Shown one piece after another: positions 6,256 to 14,062 of a DNA stretch of 14,852 nucleotides (within the stretch, counting starts at the first letter, position 1; the number at the start of each line of letters is the position of its first letter). The notes beneath the pieces were generated by a model. It searched no databases and was not told where the DNA came from. It saw nothing but the letters and a program-made list of their open reading frames with translations. A program made the translations under genes and the position numbers. This DNA comes from Oligoflexales bacterium. Its GTDB lineage: Bacteria; Bdellovibrionota_B; Oligoflexia; Oligoflexales; Bog-1112. The stretch spans positions 1-14,852 of the forward strand of contig JBGCEP010000040.1 of assembly GCA_045106415.1 (NCBI GenBank), in the 5' to 3' direction.

Positions 6256-7986
6256 CTAGATTTCCAGGTATGGGTAAAAAAGTTTACCCATAGCGATAAC
6301 AAGGCATAGAAAAGTTAAAGCACGAATTCTGAACAGTGCTTCTGGAATCGTGACCAATGTTCTTGTGCTGATAAAAATAGCAAGACCTGAACTGCAAATA
6401 AGAGCTAAGTCAGGTGCGGCCATTACGCTAAGAGCGAGGGTTGTTAAAAAAATGAGAAAAACTAGTAAATCCGTTGGAGTGAGAGCTTTTAAGCATCTGG
6501 TAATAGAGCTGCTGACAGTAATACAAGTTGTGATGCTCATAAAAATTAAAGTTGCTTTATAAACAGAAAGCCACTTAAAAGATAAAGCCGAAATTGTCAC
6601 ATTTGTATCTGCAAAGCTCGATGCAAGTAAAGTCATCCCTGCAAGCGCGATCAAAAAACACGATAAAAAATCTGTTTTACGTTGCTCTCGTATCAAAGCA
6701 GCTCCAATAAGTAGGGTAACCATTGGGATGAGTGCAATCATTGAGGTGATTTGAGGATTTTGTGGCGCTGTAGCAGAAAGTATAAAAAGTGTATACAGGG
6801 CATAGAGAGTGAGTGACTCTGTAGTATATAGAAATTTTAAATAATTGCGTGAGGGTTCTTTCTCTACGAATTGGAAATTTTGTGCATACTTTCTTTTAAG
6901 AGGTGCAGAAGCCACCATTGCTATTGTGAATGAGAAAAGAACCCAAGGGACCCAATCCAGTCCACTGTTAGGGAAAAGAGCTGGTAGAACACCTCCTATG
7001 GCAAGAAGGACACTAATGAGGTAAATGACGGTGACGCTTTGTCTTGTGTTAAACCCAAGACCTAAAAGCGTGTGGTGAAAGTGTCTGTTGTCAGCATTAA
7101 AAGGGCTTTTCCCACTTCGAATTCTTAGGAAGATCACGGCTGCTGTATCGATAATAGGCACCCCAATACAGCATAGAGCTGATATCATTGAAATTTTTGT
7201 GTAGGGAGTGCCATCGGTTGGTATTCCACTCTGGGCAAAAAGCATAAGAAGAAGAACTCCGAGCATAAAGCCAAGCCAATTGCTTCCGCTATCGCCCATG
7301 AAAATTGAGGCAGGATAGGTATTATAGCTTAAAAATCCTAATATAGATCCTGTAAAAGGTAGAGCTAAGAGGAGTAATGAGTCAGAAGAACCTGAAACGA
7401 TCGAGTGCAAAAGGCTCAAAGAGATAAAGCCTATAAGGCTGATTCCCCCAGCCAAACCATCCATACCGTCGATCATATTAATAGAGTTGATTCCACCGAC
7501 AATAACCAAGATGGCAAGTGTTTGGCCAACGGGAGGTGGAATCGGAAGAATCAGATTTGGTGTGATGATGATCTCGTTTAAATTGAGTTGAAGTGTGTGC
7601 GAAACCGCCCAAGCCAAAAGGCACTGGAGAAGAAGGCGAAATCTGGCAGGAAGGGGGTGAATGTCGTCGGTGACTCCAAGGAGAAAGACGGCTAAGGAGC
7701 ACAGAAAAACTCCAGCGTAGGCTTGTGGAGAAAGCCATAAAAAAGTTGAAATAAAAAATGCGAATACAACTCCAATTCCACCATAGTGAGGAGTTGGAAG
7801 TGAGGACAGACCGTCCTGTCGCACAAGATTCCCATAGCGTTGATTGTGGATTGTTGTGTCGTTGTATAAGTGATAGGTGAGAGCAAATTTGCGGATGAGT
7901 GGAATTGTTAATGTCGAAATCAGTAGAGATGTTCCGAAGGGTATTAAATTGAACAACGCGCTTTGCTGGACAAGGGTGATCGACAT
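6256..7986 (-). CDS. wecA: Undecaprenyl-phosphate alpha-GlcNAc-1-phosphate transferase (WecA/TagO, MraY-like glycosyltransferase family 4) with a C-terminal membrane extension
   Basis: Motifs P..GGIG, LGVTDD, INSINMIDGMDGLAGG, YNTYPASIFMGDSGS and PFNADNRHFHH, with many transmembrane segments. Start placed at ATG 7986 (AAGGA upstream) rather than GTG 8028. Confidence 0.88.
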   Translation of the reverse strand: MSITLVQQSALFNLIPFGTSLLISTLTIPLIRKFALTYHLYNDTTIHNQRYGNLVRQDGLSSLPTPHYGGIGVVFAFFISTFLWLSPQAYAGVFLCSLAVFLLGVTDDIHPLPARFRLLLQCLLAWAVSHTLQLNLNEIIITPNLILPIPPPVGQTLAILVIVGGINSINMIDGMDGLAGGISLIGFISLSLLHSIVSGSSDSLLLLALPFTGSILGFLSYNTYPASIFMGDSGSNWLGFMLGVLLLMLFAQSGIPTDGTPYTKISMISALCCIGVPIIDTAAVIFLRIRSGKSPFNADNRHFHHTLLGLGFNTRQSVTVIYLISVLLAIGGVLPALFPNSGLDWVPWVLFSFTIAMVASAPLKRKYAQNFQFVEKEPSRNYLKFLYTTESLTLYALYTLFILSATAPQNPQITSMIALIPMVTLLIGAALIREQRKTDFLSCFLIALAGMTLLASSFADTNVTISALSFKWLSVYKATLIFMSITTCITVSSSITRCLKALTPTDLLVFLIFLTTLALSVMAAPDLALICSSGLAIFISTRTLVTIPEALFRIRALTFLCLVIAMGKLFYPYLEI

Positions 7987-8076
7987 CCCATTCCTTTCAT
8001 CGTGCGTAAATGAAATTCGAAGTGTCACGATGGTGTGGACGTCGAATTTTGAGTTGGTTGCTGTTGCTATCTCTCA

Positions 8077-8105
8077 ATTATGATGGAGTGATCAGAATAG
8101 AGCAA
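8077..8105 (-). promoter_or_regulatory. Sigma-70-type promoter for the wecA-like gene
   Basis: Minus strand TTGCTC (8105-8100), exactly 17 nt of spacer, then CATAAT (8082-8077), in the hrpB-wecA intergenic gap. Confidence 0.5.
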
Positions 8106-8119
8106 GAAGTGGGTTTTGC

Positions 8120-10660
8120 TCACAAGGGAGGAAGCTGAGATTTATGGCGGATAGGCAATGCTGTTTGAGGAATCTCAGCCCAGTGGTGACGTGGATAACG
8201 TCTCTGAAATTCAGATTTTAATTTTGGGTAGTGCTCTGCCCAAAAAAGCTGTAGATCCTCAGTAATCTGACATACTCTTTGATTAGGAGCTAGAATTTCG
8301 AGTGCAAGAGCGACTTTGTTGCCAATAATACGAGGAGCGGCATTGAGTCCATAGAAGTCCTGAATTCGGCCTCTGATAAATGTGCGCTGCTCGGTGTAGG
8401 ATATCTCAAAAGAAACCTTGTTTTTTGCTTTAATTTTATCGGGTGTTTCTAGGATAAGGAGTTGCCTTTCCTCCCAGGTGAGGCATTCTAGTATTTTTTC
8501 TTTTAAAAGAGAGGTTTGGAGTTGGCTCGGTGCTGCGGTGTCTTCAACGAGTAAAGAACATAGAATCTCCAACCATTCCCCTTTAAACTCAGGAAGGTCT
8601 TTTTGGAAATGCTCTCGGATGTAAGTTCGTTTGACATGATAACTGGCCAATATTTGATAATCATAAGCCGCTGGCCAATGTTCTAAAAGCCACTCGGTCA
8701 TAGCCTCTGAACTCCAATTGGAATTTTCAGTGTTACGTTTTTCAATAACACAGTTTCCGTAATAGAGATGAGTCGTCGATAGGACTTCCCCCGTTTTAGA
8801 GTCGATCTCCTCAGATGCTTTGGAGGTAAGCATTGCTGAAACATCTTTAAGTTGTTCAACACTGATAGAGCAAGCTAATGTGATGAGAGTTGATTTTGCT
8901 GCATCTTTTTTTTCTTCTTCAGTTGCGTGGATTGCAACAATAAATTCAGGGTGCTTTAGAGATGACCGAGCATGAAGAATGCCTCCGCGACCTAGGCAAA
9001 AATGATAACGGTATTGCTCGTTAGACTTTTGATTTTTTTGGCTATTTTTCTGTTTCTGCCTTTTTGCAACTCGATCCGGATATCCTGCTAAGATACTTTT
9101 TGCAATAGCTGAACGATTTGTAGGCTGGGTGGGCCAAGAAATTTTTTGCGGCATCTTATTACTAAATTGATTGAAAATCTTTTTGATTGAATCGATTTTT
9201 TTAGCATCAAGATGCCAATGGTCGTCACGATCTAAAATTTTTTTGATCGAATCCATTTGATAGGAGACGTCGCATTCAGTTTGCACCCGAGGAAGTTGCC
9301 TTGAAACTCCACCTTCTTGAATCACACAGGCTGCTAATAGAGCATCGCTTGCTTCAGGCGTACCTTCTTGTGAAGCAGCAATAGCTGCGATGCGTGGGTG
9401 AAAAGGATAGTGTGCACATTTTTTGCCAAAAGCTGTGAGTTTGTGATCAGGTGTAAGCATATCAAGACGGACGAGAAGTTGATAAGCATTTTCTAATCGT
9501 TTTGGGTGAGGGGGCTCGAGCCATGGTAGGGCTTGAGCAATGTGTGTTCTTTCATATTGATTAAGAGAGCCTAAACTATGGATGAGCAAAAGGCAGGATG
9601 TGAGGTCTTGTATTTGAATGTCTATAGGTGTGTGTGGGGGGCGGCGAAGAAACTCATCTTTAGTACACATTCGGTAAACGAGGCCAGTTTGAGTCCGTCC
9701 GGCTCTCCCCGCTCTTTGTTCCATGGAAGCTTGCGATGTTTTTTGTATCGCCAGTGTGGGCATTCCACTCCAGTGGGCATAACCTGATATTTTTGCAAGG
9801 CCAGGGTCAATGACACCTGTGATACCAGGTATGGTAAGTGAGGTTTCAGCAATGTTCGTTGCTAAGATTACTTTTCTAAGGGGGCCCTCTTGAAAAGCTT
9901 GATTTTGCTCGTTCTTTGGGAGATCTGCGTAGAGTTTACAGATGCTGATATTGAGATTTTTTTTTGAGAGAACTTGAGCAACATCATGAATAGATTGAGC
10001 ACCAGGTAGAAAAATTAGAATATGACCTGAACACTCAGGATCCTGCAGCATTTTTTGGCATAATTTAGCTATTTTTTCACAGTCGATCTGCAAAGATTGG
10101 TTGCAAACATAATGGGTATGAACAGGGAAAGTGCGACCCGGGATAGAAATAAGAGGAGCTTTTAAGCGTTCTGTTAACAGTTGTGAATCAAGAGTTGCAG
10201 ACATAATGATGATCTTTAGATTTTTATTCTTTGTTTGAGCTTTGCGTAAAAGCATAAGAGAGAGATCTGAACTCAAGCTTCTTTCGTGAAACTCATCTAA
10301 AAGAATACAACTGGTATCGTCGAAATGAGGATTTGATTGTAATTTTTTCAGTAAAACACCTTCTGTGACATAGACAAGGCGTGTGTTTGTAGATGTGTTT
10401 TGGTCAAATCGAACTTGATAACCAACAGTTTGCCCACAAGGTTCACCAAGTTCTTCTGCTGAGCGTGCTGCGCTTAATTTTGCCGCTAAACGACGAGGCT
10501 CAACGACAATGATCTTTTTTGAGAAAATTGGTAAAAGTGAAGAAGGCACTCTTGTTGTCTTACCTGTTCCAGGTGCAGCTTCGATGATGAGGCATTTTTC
10601 TTTTTTAATGAGTTGAGATATCGCTTGAAGATGTTCATCAATGGGGAGTTTTTTCTTCAA
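8120..10660 (-). CDS. hrpB: ATP-dependent DEAH-box RNA helicase HrpB
   Basis: 846 aa with AAPGTGKTT, EPRRLAA, DEFHER, MSAT, ATNIAETSLTI and QRAGRAGR, plus the HrpB C-terminal signature LAPNQR..QITEDL..FW...Y......RRYPRHHW. TTG start. Confidence 0.95.
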   Translation of the reverse strand: MKKKLPIDEHLQAISQLIKKEKCLIIEAAPGTGKTTRVPSSLLPIFSKKIIVVEPRRLAAKLSAARSAEELGEPCGQTVGYQVRFDQNTSTNTRLVYVTEGVLLKKLQSNPHFDDTSCILLDEFHERSLSSDLSLMLLRKAQTKNKNLKIIIMSATLDSQLLTERLKAPLISIPGRTFPVHTHYVCNQSLQIDCEKIAKLCQKMLQDPECSGHILIFLPGAQSIHDVAQVLSKKNLNISICKLYADLPKNEQNQAFQEGPLRKVILATNIAETSLTIPGITGVIDPGLAKISGYAHWSGMPTLAIQKTSQASMEQRAGRAGRTQTGLVYRMCTKDEFLRRPPHTPIDIQIQDLTSCLLLIHSLGSLNQYERTHIAQALPWLEPPHPKRLENAYQLLVRLDMLTPDHKLTAFGKKCAHYPFHPRIAAIAASQEGTPEASDALLAACVIQEGGVSRQLPRVQTECDVSYQMDSIKKILDRDDHWHLDAKKIDSIKKIFNQFSNKMPQKISWPTQPTNRSAIAKSILAGYPDRVAKRQKQKNSQKNQKSNEQYRYHFCLGRGGILHARSSLKHPEFIVAIHATEEEKKDAAKSTLITLACSISVEQLKDVSAMLTSKASEEIDSKTGEVLSTTHLYYGNCVIEKRNTENSNWSSEAMTEWLLEHWPAAYDYQILASYHVKRTYIREHFQKDLPEFKGEWLEILCSLLVEDTAAPSQLQTSLLKEKILECLTWEERQLLILETPDKIKAKNKVSFEISYTEQRTFIRGRIQDFYGLNAAPRIIGNKVALALEILAPNQRVCQITEDLQLFWAEHYPKLKSEFQRRYPRHHWAEIPQTALPIRHKSQLPPL

Positions 10661-10858
10661 GGTTATTTGCCTTTTATCTTGGTGTCATAAATGAAAAATT
10701 GGTTGAGCTCCAAGTCTATCGAGAATTCACTTGGTTGAGACTGCCGTAAAACAGCTCTTCTCATATTATAATAAAGGATGCAAGCAAGAGGTCATAACTG
10801 CTGTACGAGAGAGCCAGAGCTCGGTCGTTATATTCATTGTTATTTTTGAGTCTCACTT

Positions 10859-12127
10859 CTAATCATAGGCGATCATGAGTTGAATATTGCCTCCACCCCA
10901 AGGTTTAATAGGGTTGTTATGTCGATAATCATGGTTTAGCTGGTCCAAATCCCATGTGGTGTTGAGTCTGAGCTGCGCTCCTTTCGTAATAATAAAATCC
11001 CATGCAATACCAAGTTTGACTTCTGTTGTCTGAAAAGAAGCCTCTTCATCTCTTTGCTTATGACGAATAAGAGGTTTGTGTACCCACAGGTCACTTGAAA
11101 ACCAGTGGTGGTTTTGTATAAGCCATTCATAAGTAGTGAAAAAAGCACTTTCGATTCTAGTAACTTGAGGGCTTTCTGATTCTATATTGAAGTCGATAGC
11201 TTCGTTATCATTATCTAAGATGGGAAGAGCTATTTGTTGGTATTGATGGCTTTCTTTTCTTATATTGACACCGACTCTCCAATGATCTTTGTGCGCATGG
11301 GTGCAGGATTTTTCTATTTCAATAAATTGTTTATGTGAAGATAATTGTTTGGAAGCTAAATTGTCATAAAATTTACTTTCTAATTTTTTTGTATCTTTTA
11401 TAGTCATATTCCACAGTGATTTTTTATTGAAATTTGAAAGGTTTAAGGTTGATATCTTTTGTTCATATGCGTAGAGGTGACTTTCACTGAATTTTTGTAG
11501 TGTGAGAGGATGGTCCCAGCTATGATGTATGGCGATTTTGATATATTGAGGTTTGAGATATTCTATTTTGAAAATAGTTGATTTTGGCCTTTTGAGGTAG
11601 ATATCATGGGGGTTTTCTGAGTTCTTTGTATTGTAGAAATGATCTACAGACCAGAAATCGATACTTGCCGTGATTGTGTCTAAAAATTTTAAGCTGAATC
11701 CTGTGCCAATATCACCCCATTTTTTGAAAAACCCACCTTCACCAGCAATTCTCCAAGCGAGGTTAGGGAAAACTTTTTTTGACCAATGAAATTCATTTTG
11801 ATCGTCTTGCGTGATGTAATCTTCTTTTACTTGACGTTGGACAAAGAGGTGGGAGTCTTCGGGTAGATCTGAGATGATTTTCCACTGTTCATGATAAAGG
11901 AATTTTGTTTGGTTTAAGCTTCCTGCGCTGCTTCGGAAAATAAAATGTGAGCGTTCATAGCTACGGTTCCATCTGATAGGGTAACGGTAGCTATCTATAT
12001 CGTTGTAGTATTCAACCCCAGGTTTTTCTTGTTGGTCAACATGTGATTGATCACTATGATGAAAGCGAGCTGTAGCGAAATTTGATTTAGATAAGAAGAG
12101 CGCAATAAGAGCGTACTTTTGAAGCAT
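10859..12127 (-). CDS. Exported hypothetical protein, possible outer-membrane beta-barrel
   Basis: 422 aa with a strong SD (GGAGGA, 12136-12131) and an N-terminal signal-like segment ending ATA. It is aromatic-rich with amphipathic beta-like segments (GDIGTGFSLKF, EVKLGIAWDF, QLRLNTTWD) and ends GGGNIQLMIAYD. Confidence 0.7.
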   Translation of the reverse strand: MLQKYALIALFLSKSNFATARFHHSDQSHVDQQEKPGVEYYNDIDSYRYPIRWNRSYERSHFIFRSSAGSLNQTKFLYHEQWKIISDLPEDSHLFVQRQVKEDYITQDDQNEFHWSKKVFPNLAWRIAGEGGFFKKWGDIGTGFSLKFLDTITASIDFWSVDHFYNTKNSENPHDIYLKRPKSTIFKIEYLKPQYIKIAIHHSWDHPLTLQKFSESHLYAYEQKISTLNLSNFNKKSLWNMTIKDTKKLESKFYDNLASKQLSSHKQFIEIEKSCTHAHKDHWRVGVNIRKESHQYQQIALPILDNDNEAIDFNIESESPQVTRIESAFFTTYEWLIQNHHWFSSDLWVHKPLIRHKQRDEEASFQTTEVKLGIAWDFIITKGAQLRLNTTWDLDQLNHDYRHNNPIKPWGGGNIQLMIAYD

Positions 12128-12143
12128 AAATCCTCCTTATAGG

Positions 12144-12170
12144 TCTTCGGCATAAAAGTGAGCAACCTCA
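12144..12170 (-). promoter_or_regulatory. Possible sigma-28-type promoter for the 422-aa exported protein
   Basis: Minus strand TGAGGTTG, exactly 11 nt of spacer, then GCCGAAGA, ending 7 nt before the SD. The consensus is TAAAGTTT-N11-GCCGATAA. Confidence 0.3.
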
Positions 12171-12234
12171 ACTTTTCGGCCGCTTTTTCAGCGTAGTTGC
12201 TGACGTGGAAAAAAAGTCTCAATAGGGGGGCGCA

Positions 12235-12426
12235 ATGTAATCAGATCAACGAAAAAGAGGAGAATATGCCCCTCAACAATTTAAGAAGGTTGCATACCTC
12301 TTTGTTGGTAGAGGGCAGGTGATCACGGGAATAGCTGAAAAACTTGGCGTTGGGGTAGGTCTTTAGGGCTGTGGGTAAAAGCTGAAAAACAAGCACAAAC
12401 GAACCCAACCAAGCATAGTGAGACTA
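12235..12426 (+). pseudogene. Degenerate IS3-family OrfA (HTH_Tnp_1-like) remnant truncated at the IS4 boundary
   Basis: After a G-rich SD, manual translation gives M*SDQRKRGEYAPQQFKKVAYLFVGRGQVITGIAEKLGVGVG and, after a frameshift near 12361, LGLWVKAEKQAQTNPTKHSET. This matches the OrfA pattern RKR..Y..EFK..A......G......A..LGV....L..WVK. It is absent from the ORF track. Confidence 0.55.
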
Positions 12427-12445
12427 CATAGGTGACCGGGGTTTA
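12427..12445. repeat. IS4 terminal inverted repeat (downstream end)
   Basis: CATAGGTGACCGGGGTTTA compared with the reverse complement of 13799-13817, CATCTATGACCGGGATTCA. Confidence 0.7.
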
Positions 12446-12448
12446 TTT

Positions 12449-13760
12449 TCATGTGGTCACACCTAACTCTCCAAACACCTCTGAAAATGAATCTTTTCCA
12501 GCTTTAAAATTTGGATCAAAAACTCTTGAGATTGTCGATTTGATAACAGTTCTGAGCTCTTCGCGCCGAGTTGCTGTCTTGTAGTGCCTCAATCGAAGAA
12601 ATGACATGAATTGAGGAGAGGCTATTTTATAGGCTTTAACAGCCCTTTGTAGAGTCGTCTTCTTTGGCTTTTCCGAGATCTCATCTGCTTTTATCCTTAA
12701 AGCCACAGCTAAAGTGTCATTGATGATGGATACAAGAGCTAAAGACATCACGGTATTCGGGCTCAAAGAGGGCATATTCGAGAAGTTCAGTGTCGACTTC
12801 AGAACTTTGAAGGTCAATTCAATCTGCTAGCGCAGTGTGTAAAGCCTTTTGAGCTTTACAGCCTCTACTTTTAGGTTTGTGATGTATCAATGATATTGTT
12901 TATGCCGTTTGTTCCATATGCCAATGGCGCGGTATTGCGCACCGGATTTAGGGTCTTTAATCAAGATTTCAACGACACTGGATCGCAGGCTCAAGTTATT
13001 CTTCAGATCTCCCAAATTTTTGCCTACATGAGATTTGCTAATCCTGCCTTGCACAATCTCAGTGATCGTAAATTTGATGCCATTCTTGAGGCGAGTCATG
13101 AAAAATGCACCATGTTTGTCCATGCTGTGGAAGTGATCAGATGACCAATAACCCAAGTCAAAGAGGTAGAGAGCGCCAGCACGATGTTCTGGAAAATGTT
13201 GGTTATCGTGAGCTGACCCTTCTGTGAAATTGAGCCAAGACACACTTTCTGTTAAGAGGTCTATAGCCAGGTGTAGCTTGATTGCGGAGGGAACAAACGT
13301 TCCTGGCCAGTGATCAGCTACACCCATCCCATAAACTCACCAAGGAACCATCAATGCCAATGATCTTTGAAACTTCTAGCGTCTCAAGAAGGCCATCATA
13401 GGCCGAGAGATTTTTATTGACAGTAGAGTCCACAGCAATTTTCAAAGCCTCCCTAAGGTGCCTCACCAGGCTACCAGTGGCCATCCGCTCGTTGAAGGTA
13501 CTTTGTACGATCTCACATCCCGTAAACTGACAGACAGACTGCCGCAAATCCGCTAGTGAAGAGCTGTTGCCCGCTGTAGCCCTTGCCTGCAATAGCCCAC
13601 AGATAAAGTCGTAGTCTTGAATTTTTGCTCTTCGGTCATGTGAATTGAGGGGTGGTTGTAATTTTTGATTGAGTGCGGCGATAGTTTCTGCAATTATGAT
13701 CGTGCTTCTTGTGGTTTTTTGTAGTGAATTAATCTTAGGAAGCACCTTCATTATGTTCAA
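12449..13760 (-). pseudogene. IS4-family DDE transposase pseudogene (one frameshift, two nonsense codons)
   Basis: The three ORF pieces join into one protein of about 435 aa with IIGIDGS (D1), LYLFDLGY (D2) and YTLR*QIELTFKVLK (YREK motif, E). There is an extra G in the GGG run at 13323-13325, a TGA at 12887-12889 and a TAG at 12827-12829, both where Trp is expected. Confidence 0.9.
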
Positions 13761-13798
13761 TAATAATTATGTCTTACATTTGAAATATTCGCCTATCT

Positions 13799-13817
13799 TG
13801 AATCCCGGTCATAGATG
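13799..13817. repeat. IS4 terminal inverted repeat (upstream end)
   Basis: TGAATCCCGGTCATAGATG, the inverted partner of 12427-12445. Confidence 0.7.
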
Positions 13818-14062
13818 ATATGGCATTGACCATATTTATTTACTCAACATCTTCATAGCTGCACAAACAGCATCATAAATAGAGTCACATCCATCTCTTT
13901 ATTCTTCAGTTCTAATGAGTATAACTTAGGCATGTTAATTCCAAATATTTGATAAAACTAGGAACAACATACTAAATTTATAAGATAAAATAACATCTCT
14001 CGAATTCAAGTTTATAAGGGGCATAGACTCAGTCTGGGTGAGTAAATAAAACCAGTCAATGC

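Larger units (their letters stand above)
12427..13817 (-). mobile_element. IS4-family insertion sequence, 1391 bp, inactivated
   Basis: Bounded by imperfect inverted repeats beginning 5'-CAT (14 of 19 identical) that enclose a single broken DDE transposase. No target-site duplication is visible. Confidence 0.8.

Noticed and set aside
8120..10660. Helicase as part of an anti-phage defence system together with the AAA+ ATPase
   Set aside because: It is an ordinary full-length HrpB with no nuclease fusion, and it is separated from the ATPase by housekeeping genes in different transcription units.
268..11148. Numerous 60-105 aa alternative-frame and antisense ORFs (e.g. 1418-1690, 3577-3891, 3940-4242, 5144-5350, 7478-7738, 9578-9787)
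   Set aside because: They are nested in well-supported genes, have no recognisable motifs, and are expected shadow ORFs.
12266..12322. 18-aa ORF MPLNNLRRLHTSLLVEGR with a GAGGAG SD and an imperfect long hairpin, a possible leader peptide or type I toxin
   Set aside because: It is not hydrophobic, has no downstream operon, and is better explained as part of the decayed IS3 orfA sequence.
12333..12390. AGCTGAAAAAC repeated twice with a 36-nt spacer, superficially CRISPR-like
   Set aside because: There are only two 11-nt copies, no cas genes, and both copies encode A-E-K within the IS3 orfA remnant.
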